NCBI GenBank assembly: GCA_002633005.1
Contig: NMRA01000568.1
Location: 1 to 64,000 of the forward strand
DNA length: 64,000 nt
Direction: 5' to 3'
Source of the DNA: Phoronis australis
Taxonomy: Eukaryota > Animalia > Phoronida
Shown: positions 1 through 12,353 of the stretch, piece by piece
Layout of the letters: each line of letters starts with the position of its first letter
How positions within the stretch are numbered: the stretch's first letter is position 1
Translations under genes and position numbers: made by a program
Notes under the pieces: generated by a model
Told to the model about the DNA's origin: nothing
The model's input: the letters and a program-made list of their open reading frames with translations, nothing else
The model's database searches: none

Positions 1-320
1 GACATTGATATTGTCACAGGTGGGTATTGTCCGACATTGATATTGTCACAGGTGGGTATTGTGTGACTTTGATATTGTCACAGGTGGGTATTGTGTGACA
101 TTGATATTGTCACAGGTGGGTATTGTCCGACATTGATATTGTCACAGGTGGGTATTGTGTGACTTTGATATTGTCACAGGTGGGTATTGTGTGACATTGA
201 TATTGTCACAGGTGGGTATTGTCCGACATTGATATTGTCACAGGTGGGTATTGTGTGACTTTGATATTGTCACAGGTGGGTATTGTGTGACATTGATATT
301 GTCACAGGTGAGTATTGTGC
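1..320. repeat. 32-bp minisatellite (10 units) with 96-bp trimeric higher-order structure; intronic in PEX1
   Basis: Unit GACATTGATATTGTCACAGGTGGGTATTGTGT. Variants cycle in order: ending CC, ending GT, starting GACTTT. Runs off the window start. Confidence 0.95.
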
Positions 321-1143
321 GATGACCTGAGGAGGAGGATAGGTAGCTGGCTAATGACTTGGTACTGTGTTGAGACCCTGTCTACCTGGTTACCCTGGTC
401 TAACACTTGCCTGGATTTTGAATGTATGGCAGAGGGTGCCCCCATTTAGAAAGTACAATGGTGAAATGTCTTATGTTTATAAGACTCGTGCCATCTAGCA
501 GGCATCAAGGGCATTCAAATTGATAGCCTGTTTCCAATTGAGACACCCTGACCAAGACGCACTGTTCAACATTTGGATGCCCCACTGAACTTGCAGCAAC
601 TGTGGGAGATCAGTGGCAAGCTTAGATATGATGTAAAATATAATAAACTTTATTGCACACTTATGTCTCTACTATACACAATAAAAGCAACTGAACTTGG
701 GGTCATAAAAACGCAGTCACACATTATTGGTCATGTAGAACCTGATAATTTGGGAAACCCATTTGGGAGCCCTTATTTTTGAACCAGGAAATGAATCCCT
801 AACTCACCCTCATTCACAGTGTTTGCCCTACACACACAGGGGTACAGTGAACCTAACTTCCAAAATTCTTAGGGTCTATTTTCATTTCATGGGGTCCAAA
901 AGTCTGAAAATCATGACATCCATAGAACGAAGAACATAAAGTATATTGGAAAATGAGGTAAAACTTCTTGGTGGTGCTTTATTGGGGACAAATACACCAA
1001 CAATCACGAAACAAAATGAATTTTCTTTTAATTTCATTTCTTGAAACTTATCAATAAGTCCAGTTTGGTTACGCTAAAATAATGTGTAACACACTAAAAG
1101 TTTATGAGTTCTCCTAACACAAGTAAAACACAGTGGTAACTAC

Positions 1144-1281
1144 CTCACTTCCATGTTTAAATCCCAATTTTGCAGCGAACAATCCATTGATCTCAACGCC
1201 CTCTGTAGTCACGTGTGTTACATCACCGGCCCAACTGACGTAGGCTGTAGTTGATCCATCAGTCAACTCATACACGACTGG
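1144..1281 (-). CDS. PEX1: Peroxisomal AAA ATPase PEX1, coding exon 2
   Basis: Acceptor ctttactttcAG and donor GTagtt; 138 nt, phase 0/0. Translates PVVYELTDGSTTAYVSWAGDVTHVTTEGVEINGLFAAKLGFKHGSE, which matches the PEX1 N-domain (human ...AFLSWVEG...VAEINRQVGQKLGLSNGGQ). Confidence 0.88.
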
Positions 1282-1877
1282 CTGAAAGTAAAGTTTGGTA
1301 GAAAATTAATATGTTGTGACATACTGATGCTTAATTTGTTATCATAACAAACATGTGAAACTTACCTATTGCCACTGTTCCTCCAAATTTGCCTACTAAC
1401 GTCCAACATTAGATTAGACAGTACCACTGCCTGAACTGGGCCAGCACAGCTGGCACAGATGGTGATCATCCCATAGAGCTGCCATACGCTTTTCTGCAAT
1501 TTATATCTCCCACCAAAGACCTATAATATATGCTCACAATAGTTACGTTGCTATAGACACAGATCACATTGAGCATAAAGGGACACCAAAGGAGGCCAGT
1601 GATGAATTTCAGTAATTACTACGTCTTTCCAATACATCTCTTCATTCGTGTGCCATGGCCTAACATTCGATATGGGGGTGCCACCTGGTCATTGGCCCAG
1701 CATCATTTCCTAGATGTCAGATGACTAGATTGGCCTACCTTCATGTAGTGTAAGTAGACTGGCAAGCTTTCGACAGTTTTCATTGACAAACACAGACATA
1801 ACCACTAGTACCAATTGATTGCCTCTTAAAATCTAGCAATGATTGGTTAATCCAGAATAATAAATAATACAATTTAC

Positions 1878-1982
1878 CTCGGGGTTGGACTTCCTGTATC
1901 CATTAAGCCAAGATGCTGGCAAAGAAATGAAGCAAGTCTTGCTCGAGTTGAACAAAATTACTGTCGCTTTAATGTCCACCAT
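1878..1982 (-). CDS. PEX1: Peroxisomal AAA ATPase PEX1, coding exon 1
   Basis: gaaATGG start; 105 nt MVDIKATVILFNSSKTCFISLPASWLNGYRKSNPE, then GTaaat donor. Resembles human PEX1 VTVAFTNARDCFLHLPRRL and joins exon 2 in frame. Later exons were not found in the window. Confidence 0.85.
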
Positions 1983-2542
1983 TTCGGTATGATCTCGAAC
2001 TTTTTAACAACAGAATTAGTCCATCCTCTTACTATTACACTAAGAGATGAATGGACGACGATTCTGCATCAGTGCACCTTATAGTTTCACTGACACTGTT
2101 CAATGACTATGGCTATGTTCGTCACCATGTTTTACACTCTGACACTTCCAGTCTTCACCAGTCAAACTCGACAGTTGCACAGATATCAGAGGCGATTTTT
2201 TCGTTTTTCGCATTCTGAGTGCTGCACTAGAAATGTTATTTCGAAACAAAAACTCCCCAACATATTTCCAGGTTGTGTGAACAATATTCACGATTGTGTA
2301 CTCGATGCCAAATCCAGAGTGGTGACCTTTGGATGACCCACATTATGAAATTTAGTAGTAAATATTTAAAGCCAGTTAAAACGTTTTCAATATGTCTTAT
2401 CGCAATACTATGAGACTGCGGTAAAAGGGATCAAATTTCGAATAAACAATGCGAAGGCTACAACTGATTCATTAAAGACAAATATAACTCGAACATTGCT
2501 GGCTACACATAGGTGTTATCTCCTGTACTTTCTGGGTCAGCA
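1983..2542. promoter_or_regulatory. Putative bidirectional promoter and 5' UTRs between PEX1 and the rhodanese gene
   Basis: 560 bp between divergent ATGs at 1982 (-) and 2543 (+). Positional inference only; no TSS data. Confidence 0.6.
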
Positions 2543-2699
2543 ATGAGTCGGTGGGTTTCCCGAAGTTCAATAAATGTGTTCACTTCCCTAACAGCTAAAT
2601 ATTGTTTGAGAAGTGTCAAAACTCTCACAACGCCGTGCTCAAATTTCAAGTTTCATGCGCAATGCATTACGCCAAACAAATCGCGACAGTTTCGAATTG
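2543..2699 (+). CDS. Single-domain rhodanese (TSTD1/TSTD3-like), exon 1, mitochondrial-type presequence
   Basis: MSRWVSRSSINVFTSLTAKYCLRSVKTLTTPCSNFKFHAQCITPNKSRQFRI is R/K/S/T-rich with no acidic residues. Perfect G|GTAAGT donor in phase 1, compatible with the exon at 10911. Confidence 0.7.
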
Positions 2700-3953
2700 G
2701 TAAGTGGACCTTGCAGTTTGCAATACACCTCCCACCGTCTTCACTCTACTAGGTCTAGAGTCTCGAGAATGTTTCTGCTTCGATGGGGGCCCATTCGAAA
2801 GAAATCTAAGAATAAATACCACAGGATTCCATAGAACAGAAACCACACTTCTGTGAAAATGATTGGAAGTTTTTCGTTGTTTACATTAGTTGAACTTTGT
2901 CCTAATAACCCGACTGACCTAGATTTTAAGCCGGTGACGTGCGGGATTCCTGTTGGTTGCTTTGATGTGTCTGTTAAAAGTAATTCCTTTTGAAAAAAAT
3001 CCAAACAATCTAAAGCTATTTTCCCATATGTTGTACTAAATGATTGCAATAAACGCGAACAAAACATTAAATGATATTGATATTGCCGACTAGAGTTAAT
3101 TAAGCACTCGTTCTGTCCGTGGTGACCTCAAAAAAGTCAAGGGAAACACCATTTGATTTGTCCGTGACCTTGCACTGTCGTTCAGAGTTGGGACCATGGT
3201 AAAGTCATGACGAAGATACGTAGAACATATTTTTCAACCTTTCTGATCTCGCTGATCGTTAACTATGTCGTGAGTGATCAACTTCCAGTTCTTAGAAGTT
3301 GTGGATGCTGTCTTGCCCCCAAAGTTCCCAGACAATTTCGTTACGGTAGGCAAATTTGATGTAAAAGTTGTGGTTCACACGTATCCCGAACATGGCTGTC
3401 TGTTATCTGTTATCACTACGGTTTTTGATATGAACAGGATAGACTGCATGTCTGCTGTTCTTTTCTGCAATGCAGCAGTCGCAGATCAGTTGGTGCTATT
3501 CTGTCACGTTTACAACAATTAGATGTACTGTGTGCTTAGGCAGAACACAGCGCTAATATGTAGGTAGTGTACCAGTTAGCAATGTTGCAAAAATTTTCTC
3601 AAAGTTGCCCTGGAATCAGTACCATTGGTAAAAGAGCTCGTTTAAAGCACTTAAAGACATCTTTTTCAAGTGTATGTTATGTTTTTACCAAAGTTACTGC
3701 CTTTTAAGTGTCAACATTGAGTCACTAAAACAGTAATGAGTACATTATTGCAGGCGGTCTGGTACAATCTATATACCAGATGTGGTAGCTGCACATGTGG
3801 CCCATTGCACTGATTTCCTGGAACTATTTTCATGGCAATTTCATGCTTTACTAAAGTATAGTTAAAAATGAGGTGAAGATGTATAGTGTGCTCCTGTGGG
3901 ACTCCAACCCATGACCTTGAGTAAAGGAAGCAAACACTTATCCCGGCCATGCG

Positions 3954-6095
3954 CGGCTAAATCACAATCAAGGTCCATATTCGAGAGTTGACTGTGTTAC
4001 GGCCTAAAATAATTTTTTGGTCACTTACCAAATGCCAACTGAATCTCATTGTGCAAAGAATTATTTAGTTGTGCAAATTAAAAAAAGAATCATCAAAATC
4101 AGACAATGTTTGAGAAATTTATGCATGTTTTTGTCTATGGATTTCATGCATTTTTAGCGTTACGAGTGGCCATTTTAAAAATAACAAATTTTCAACTGTC
4201 AAGAGTAGAAAAGAAATTTATGTTATAAAGCAAGCAAGCAATTATTTAGATATGACTGGGAATAACTTGAGTCACTTTCAGAGTCAATTAGATGAAGTTG
4301 TGTTTAATCATTGAGAAATGGTAGGGTTCATCATAAAAACTAAAATTCACACTCTGTAACAAAAAGAACTGCAAAATATGTCACCCTAGGCAACAAAGTA
4401 AATTATTCAATATCTAAACAAACCAAAATGTTTACAAATGCCATGAAATTAAAATATCACTTGGTAACTGAGAAACATTGGTCATAGACAGTTTCCTTCC
4501 TTAAAAATGTTAGGTTAAAAGAGTGATTATTGCCAATACATTTGTTTTGAGTGAAATATTAGCATTTGTGTAGTTTACGCTACCCCCAAATTTTAATTTG
4601 TGCCTATTTTCAAAGTATGGCAGATATGCACATAAATGCTCTGCTTTTTATTTTTTCTCTTTGAATTGGTTTAGTAAGTCAGCTAACTCTCAGTAGATTC
4701 TTAGTATTTAGTTACAAACCTGAAACGTCATTGAAATGTGGTGTACGTACCCCTGAGTACTGTACGTACCCCCATGAGAATAAATATCATGAAACAAAAA
4801 TACTACATGGTAAGTAAGCAACGTTTGTCACAGACAGTTTCCTTCATTAAGAATGCTCAAGGGTGTTAATTACAAATGCATTTGTTTTGAGTGAAATATT
4901 AGAATTTGTGTAGTGCACGTACCCCTATATTTTAATATGTGCCTGTTTTCAAAGAATGACAGACAGATATTCACATGACTGCATGCTGTACTTTTTATTT
5001 GTTCTCTTTGAATATTGGTAAATGAACTAACTGTCAGTAGATTTTGATTATTTTTTATATACCTGAAAAGTCATTGAAATGTAGTGTACGTACCCCTGTG
5101 TAGTGTACGTACCTTCAACCTCTGTGGTATAAAGTATTGCCCACAAGAATTTTTACATACTGAATACAGTCTGGAAAAAATAAAACAATGTACATTATCA
5201 AATTTGTGGACAATAAAATGCCGTACAGGACTTGGCTAGTACTGAAAATCCTAGAAGACACCTCATGTGACTACTGATGTTGCAGAGGCAGGTTTTATAT
5301 CTCTCAAGACAACAACAACTTGCAACAAACCAACAAGTAGAGGCAGCACAAAACTCGAGACCATCCCATACATTTGTAACTTAATAGAAATTTGACGTTG
5401 ATTGACTGTGCGTAGTGTACGTACTCCCCAAGCAGTACCATTTTTTACTGTTTACAAGTGGAACACTGGGCTTAGCATTGCTTTAACTATTTTGACCAAC
5501 TGGTGAATGTATTGAAAACTAGGCAAATAGCACCAATAAAGTTTTTGAAATAGTAGTTACTTGTCATTTTCTTTTTGTAAGAATCACATTGCAAGAGAAG
5601 GAAGTTCTCATTATACTGTGTTAAGATATGCAATGTATTATCATCTAGAACAACTTGATCAGCATGGTAATAACTTTTATTTTAGTATGTGATACTTCTT
5701 CAATTTAATCAAAAACTTATTAAATTAACAGCTACCTTATGAATTTTTGCATGGTAGAAGTGGGTTGTGACCACAAGTTTTAGTGTATGTACCCTTTTAT
5801 GCAACTGCGATGCATTAGGCCATAAAATTTTATTCGGTGGTTCTTGTGCAAAAATATTTTAGATTACAAACCTGGAATGATGGTACTTTAAAACAACCCA
5901 GCTAGAAAATAACTCACAAGTATTCCTTTACTGTTTATTAAACAATGGACTTAGAGACAAAAGGAACATGGCGGCTAGGGTGAATAGCAAGCGCCATCTA
6001 TATGTCATAATTCTCTACCAGCTTTTACAGTTTGACAACCTTCATTTTTCACCAAAAGTGGCCACCGAATATGGACCTTTATTGTGATTTGGCCG
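3954..6095. mobile_element. 2.1-kb non-autonomous DNA transposon with 30-bp TIRs, unclassified
   Basis: Left end CGGCTAAATCACAATCAAGGTCCATATTCG; reverse complement of right end CGGCCAAATCACAATAAAGGTCCATATTCG (2 mismatches). Contains an internal duplication and repeated GTGTACGTACCCC motifs; no ORF. Confidence 0.8.
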
Positions 6096-7944
6096 ACTAG
6101 GTTGCACTACCTCTAAGTGAGTTCTAAGTGAGTAAAACATTTATTTTACATCGGTCTGGGCTAGAGAGAACAAAATAATTATTTTTTGGTTACACAAAGA
6201 CAAAAACATTCACTTTACTATTACCTAAAAACTGTGATGCACTCAAAGACTTGAAAGTTTAATAAGGCAAAACTTGTATATATTATACTTTTATATGTGA
6301 TTCTGATCCATGCCAGACTCGCTTTGAAACCTGTGCCTCACTTTTCGAAGAAAAAGAATAAACACCCACCCGCAGATCATTGCTAGCGAAGTTCTTTTTC
6401 AAAAGTCAAACACAACTAATCTAGTTTTTTTAACAAATTGTAGGACTCGATCTGCATGTCGCTAATTGCACCTCAGATTTTGTTTGGCGACTTGGCAAAA
6501 ATGTCAAGTCTCTACGCATCTGAGCACACCGACACTCAAAGAACGGTAAACTCTCACCTGTTTTGGACAAAAATAATTGCCAAAATTACCATTTTTTAAC
6601 TTTCAAGACAAGGTCTCCTAACGTCATTTTGAAGGATCTCAGTTTATCAAGGTATGTTAGACATGGCACTTAGGGGATTTGGTGGTACCTATCTTTTATG
6701 AAAAAAATGAGATCTAAATTGGTGAGATTTTAACATACCATAGGAAGTAAGCGAAGGGGGGGGGGGTTGTAATGATTAATCAAAAGTCGAAGGGCCGATC
6801 ACCTGCATTTGTCTAGGTGAGTCTGCGTGGGATATTGGACCAGAGGGGAAACTTGGTGACCAAAGAGCATGTGAGACATTCCAAATTTACTGTTTGACGA
6901 AGGAAAAAGGAAACGTGGAGTGGGGCGATGTCAGGTGCTCTTTCGGAAATTTGTTGAGTTCACCAGTACTCCAATCCAAGTAACCCGTTTCCTTCATTTT
7001 TGACTGTTGCCAGCTGCGTACCACTTGTAACTTTGTTCCAAGACTTTCCCCAACCTCCTATACAAAGTTTCCTTTGTTCTGGCCATCTCAGTTCCCATAA
7101 TTGTCTTCAACCTTGGCATTTTGTCATGTTTTACTTGACGAGTTGATTACATGTCAAGCCCTTACTGGCTAGGAAAATCACCCAAAATCATATCTTTCAC
7201 AACTTAAAAGGATACCAAACCTGGATTTTGGCCTATGAACAGAATATGACAAATACTAAAATGGAATTTCCCACCCACTTCTCTGAAACAAAATAATGCT
7301 CTGTATCCCGACAACCCTCAAAAGTTTGGAGCAAAATTAGAAAACTCCTTTCAAAGTCTGCTAAATGAGCAAGCATGACTTATCATGTCGCTTGTGGTAA
7401 TAGACCAGCTACCAAGAAACATAATGTCCAATCTCTGACAGAGGGACTATGAGTTTTGATTTCTGCCTTTAACTTGGAAGGTGATGCATTAGCAGGTGAC
7501 AGAATGAGGATTGGTTGAAATCATCAAAACAGGCTTTATCTAGATTTGGCTTGGTGGTCCTGCCCAGTGACATAAATAGTAGCTCTCAAACATATCAATG
7601 CACCACTGCAGTTGGAAACGAGAAGGTATCAAGGATGTCTCTGTACCACGTACTGCAGCTATAGAGAAAGAGAAAAAAGGTGTCAAGCATGTTCACTGCG
7701 CTACTAAGTGTCACATAAATGTATCCTGATCCATTGACGATAGCATCAAGTGGTCTCTTTCTTTTTAAAAGTTAAAAGCGCATCAATTTTTAAAAAATCC
7801 ACACTAGAACCAATTTTCCTATCATTTGGCCTAGCTTAATTCTCCTTTTGGCCTAATAAAATTGGGGCTTTTGTACATAAAGAAGTATATATTTTTCTCA
7901 AGGTGCACATTGTATTAGGTAGTTACTTGTTCAAAAACACAAAA

Positions 7945-8750
7945 AATCAAGCATTTTCCTTGATTCCTAAAGTATTATCCAAGAAAAAAGGCAAAGAAAA
8001 CAAAACAACAAAAAGAAGAAAAAAAACGGAGAACGTGTCAAACATGAAAAACTGCAATTATCACAGAATCGAACTCACGACCTAGCGGATAGAGCGCATG
8101 TGCTTTACCACTGCACCACCACGATTTCACTCATAATTTGGATATAAGAGACCTACTTGTTTATGGTCCACAGTGAAACCTACTTCTTTTTGTAATGCTT
8201 ATTACACTATTTATGCAATCAGTCCGTAAAAAATTTGTTGTATTTAAAATAGTCTTCAATTGCCCAAAAGACCAAATCCGTTTTTTGTGTTGGCATTAAT
8301 GACGTGATTGCTCTGGAAATCGTCTTAAGTTAAGGTTTGACAAAGGGAGAATTATGAGTTTCTGAGTGATTCACTAAGGCTTCGATTTTTATTCACATCT
8401 TACCAGCAGCTTCTGTTCATTCATCGTCACTCAGATTCCATTTTCTTTAAAAAAATGAAGTAATTTTCTTCATTGCACAGGAAAGCAGACGACGGAAACG
8501 AAGTCGTAGTGCGCAACGCCACTGCCGGTCACCTGGGATATCGCGGGAGAGCCTATACTTCAGTAGCCATAGTTTCGTTACAATTGAGCCGTGTTCCGAA
8601 TTTGCCACTTGAAATTGGATCTGAGCCCTCACAAACACACTAAAACTGCACACATTTAAATCTTGTTTCTGCGGCATAATGTTAATTACTGGGGTTAATT
8701 AATAAACTCAACATTTCCCCCACGTTCTTGCTGTTTTATGTTTTTGCGGC
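7945..8750 (+). mobile_element. Internal copy of hAT-like MITE family carrying a tRNA-like cassette
   Basis: Colinear and highly similar to 37695-38465; terminal repeats not seen in this copy. Confidence 0.85.
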
Positions 8751-10720
8751 CTATGACACTACATAATCAGAAACTCCGTAGTTTGATAGAGTGAGAGAAT
8801 AGTACACATTGTGTTATTTTTTAGGCTACCTCCTGGTACCTTGGTGATACTACGATCCAGTTTTGAATGCAGGCCGATAGTTTGTAAGCAGATGGCAATA
8901 ATTCATTCAATGATTGAACATCTAAATTAGGTCTAGCTCCTCAGCTGTCAAATACAGAATTTATCTTTAGCACTTAATTAGCCTATTGTCTTTGAATCAA
9001 CACCTTATTACATAATGTGTAACATATTGGTGTAAACAATGCCAGAGTGTCTGGCTACATTCATTAGATCTTCTTTGTTTGCCTTGTAATAAATCTAACC
9101 TTAGCTTGGTTAACATATGGAACTGAACCAAACTGGTCAATAACTGGCGGACAAAGTAAAGTACTTTCTAGCACCTGTGTAAATCACTCAGTCACGTGAC
9201 CACTTAATCTAGCGTAATTAAAAATATTGTGAATCTGCATTGAGTGTAGTGATATAAGGCAGAGCTCATCATACTAGCAAGTGAGTAAACGCTGAAAAGT
9301 AATAATCGAGTTGACATTAGACGTGTTGTTTTTTATTTTTTATTTAGGTTGCCTTTCTTTACCAGCACAAATCCGGAATACGAGAGTGGCAATTAGATGC
9401 TGTCAATCATATTTTCTAGTGGACATTTTCACCTGTGCTGAGCTCTGTAAAGGCCTGCCCTTAATCACTTGCTGACTGCCATTTGCTAACTCAATTGCTC
9501 TGGCTGACGGGTTAAGATGCCAATTTTTGAATTTGCAACTTTGTGTCTGGCTAACCCCAATAAAGGAAGTTTTTCTTGAGTTTGGTGATTTCGATGTTGT
9601 AATTGTGAATGGAAATATCAGTGAGGAACATTATGACAATGTTTTCAGAGTCAAATGTCCATTTTGATTTTCATTTCTAGCCAGCTAAAGAGAGTGAAAT
9701 GGTCCTTTAAATGACCGTTGACTTTATATTCAAGGGAAAGTGTTGTTTAGCAGAACGAGTATGGAACAATGCAAGTAGGAGCAATCTTCGCCAACAATTT
9801 CAGAAAGACCAAAATGTCCCACAAAACTCCCTGATAATGTGATCTGACTTGGCTTTAAATGTTTGAAAAGTGGTCAAATTAGAAGTTTCAGTGGTAACCC
9901 CTGAACTTTCTGTCAAAAATTGGACAAATGATTTTAGCCTGAATTTCAGAGTGTCATGCAGGGTTGACGATAATGTTGTCCCTATCCTTGAAATACAACT
10001 CGAAATTGGAAAGGACGCAATTTTCTGTGAACGGTAATTAATTTATCGGCGAAACAAACCCAAGCTGAGTCAAAACTTGTTCACTAAATGTATCCAGTGA
10101 GTTTTACCACTTTGTAAGCTCCGAAATTCTGTGGCAAGTTGACGAGGAGACTCTTCAATCTGTTTTCACCTAGTTCGACGCAGACGATAGTTGCAACTGA
10201 GAGGAAATCTGCGACGATTTAATTGCTGACAAGACGATAATTCACGAGACTTGTGCTAGTTATTTGCCAAGCCTGTTGGGTTTGTGTTGTAAGCGTGAAC
10301 TAAAATACGCATTTGTTTTCGCAAAATGTATGTTATTTTGGATTCATAAATTATTTTTTGGCTTGATACTGTAGGAAATAAGAAGAAATGACAAGCTTAC
10401 ACTTGAGTTTTCAGTAATTTTACTGCACAGTGTTTTGATTGTTATAGTTCAGAACAGACCATGTGAATATCGGTGACTTCAGTACACTCCTGACTACTAT
10501 TACTGTATGTTCAGAATTTCAGAGTGACAGGATAAACAAATATTTGGGAATTTATAATTGCTCATTTATTCTTCTTTTGCCTCGACACATTATGTAAATA
10601 ATGTCTTTTTGTTTTTTAAGTTATTTTTTGCTTTTTCTAGCTATGGGAATTTCAAAGGGTCAAATCTATGATGGGGATTCAAAAATTGAAAAGAATCCGA
10701 TTTTGTTAAGTCAGCAACTC

Positions 10721-10895
10721 TAGTGCCAACCCTGGTCATGTATAATATATTGAATAGTGCCAGCCCTGGTCATGTATAATATATTGAATAGTGCCAGCCC
10801 TGGTCATGTATAATATATTGAATAGTGCCAGCCCTGGTCATGTATAATATATTGAATAGTGCCAACCCTGGTCATGTACCGTATAATGTATTGAA
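10721..10895. repeat. 34-bp minisatellite (about 5 units) abutting the exon 2 acceptor
   Basis: Unit TAGTGCCAGCCCTGGTCATGTATAATATATTGAA. Confidence 0.9.
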
Positions 10896-10910
10896 TTGAA
10901 TCTCTTTCAG

Positions 10911-11066
10911 TTCGCCCTCTTTGTTCACATTTTGACAAATGGACGGATGTGAGTTTCGAAGATCTTGTGTTAATGTTAGAGGACGGTGACATTAAGTTGT
11001 TTGATGTGAGAGAGCCTGAAGAGCTGGAAGAGACTGGTGCCATTCCTGGGGCCACTAATATACCAC
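10911..11066 (+). CDS. Single-domain rhodanese (TSTD1/TSTD3-like), exon 2
   Basis: tctctttcAG acceptor and GTatgt donor, phase 1/1. Translates (V)RPLCSHFDKWTDVSFEDLVLMLEDGDIKLFDVREPEELEETGAIPGATNIP, with the rhodanese DVRE and G.IPGA.NIP motifs. Confidence 0.92.
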
Positions 11067-11267
11067 GTATGTAACTTGTTACTACTATGTTATTAAAGGG
11101 CACAATTATAACGGGACATGTAAGCATAAATTTTGTGTATGTCAGAATGAATATTGATTAAGTAATTAGGAAGAATAGATCCATTTTAAGTTGCCCAAAA
11201 TTTGTGCATGTGTACTTTTAAATCATGTAGTCAAACTTGTTGACGTGTTTTTTAACGCCAAAATCTA

Positions 11268-11490
11268 TTTTTATGCGCCCTCATATTTATGTGTGGACGC
11301 ATTATGCCGTCATCTCCGTCTGTCCATCCGTCAGGCGCGTCCGTCCGGCGTCTGCTGCTCTATCTCCAAAACGCCTTGACTTAAGTTCATGAAATTTTGC
11401 ACACATGTTCCTTCCATGGATGGGACGGCATGTGCGAACTTTCGGACGAATCCGACTACCAGTGTGCCCCCTAGTGGCAATTTTAGTTTT
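11268..11490 (+). mobile_element. Helentron-associated non-autonomous element (HINE/DINE-like) fragment
   Basis: T-run plus ATGCGCCC head, a GTCC/GTCT microsatellite block and ATCTCC...TTCATGAAATTTTGCACA, typical of these elements. Confidence 0.55.
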
Positions 11491-11797
11491 TTACGTTTGT
11501 GATGTGTGAATGATTTAGTTTGCGTCATGTACTATTTTTAGAGAACACGTGTTATGTTATGTAGTCACGTGATGGTTTCACCATCAGTTTGTAGTTGTAC
11601 GTTCACTGCTTGTATTACCACGATCACGAAAAGACGTATTTCATTATCACTCGAATAATTGTTGTTCCTTCCACTCTGGCTACCCAACGATAAACGTGAC
11701 ATTGGCGACGAGAAATGGCTTCGAGGACGAGTTAACGAACAAGAAGTTAACTAAGAGCATGTCATTTGCATCGTGGGTAGCAAGATATTGCCTATAG

Positions 11798-12077
11798 GTG
11801 TTGCGTCACAAGAGACTGTGACCAGCGAGAGGAATCGTATGTAGAAGATACTGCCTGCAAGTGTTGTGTCACCAGAGACTGTGACCAGCGAGAAGAATCA
11901 TGGGTAGAAGATACTGCCTGCAAGTGTTGTGTCACCAGAGACTGTGACCAGCAAGAAGAATCATGGGTAGAAGATACTGCCTTCAAGTGTTGTGTCACCA
12001 GAGACTGTGACCAGCGAGAGGAATCATGGGTAGAAGATACTGCCTGCAAGTGTTGTGTCACCAGAGACTGTGACCAG
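11798..12077. repeat. 63-bp minisatellite (about 4.5 units)
   Basis: Unit GTGTTGTGTCACCAGAGACTGTGACCAGCGAGAGGAATCATGGGTAGAAGATACTGCCTGCAA; period 63 (11861, 11924). Confidence 0.92.
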
Positions 12078-12353
12078 GAAGTACACTGTCACAGTACAGT
12101 GTGTAATAGTTCGAAGATTCACCAACAAGGGGAGAGTCCTACTGCTTGGATAGCAGATAAGACATTTGATTATTTTGGTTGATTGATTGAAGTAAGAAGG
12201 TTAGCGTAATTACTCTTTTTGTAGTTGATTACTTAATTAACAACAGGTTTCACTTGTCTAAGTAGTGGTTATCATATCATAAATTAATTAATAATTCTCT
12301 CTCCATCTACGCACAATCTCAAAGCATAGCTACCTTTTAAACAAACCCATAGT

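Noticed and set aside
321-1143. PEX1 exon 3 (expected ...DDWEIL)
   Set aside because: Not found in this interval; presumed to lie left of the window.
6880-7130. Minus-strand GYLDWSTGELNKFPKEHLTSPH resembling a hAT TTF zinc finger
   Set aside because: No upstream CxxC and several stops; similarity is too weak.
8050-8125. Functional tRNA gene
   Set aside because: A and B boxes are present but the acceptor and T stems do not pair, and it lies within a repeated MITE.
9400-10300. Possible decayed transposase in rhodanese intron 1
   Set aside because: No diagnostic motif could be reconstructed by eye.
10804-11127. 107-aa minus-strand ORF
   Set aside because: Antisense shadow of rhodanese exon 2 plus the 34-bp repeat.
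11570-11780. Possible fourth THAP relic (SFHSGYPTDKRDIGDEKWL...HVIC)
   Set aside because: Lacks the paired N-terminal cysteines and the HF motif; too decayed to support.
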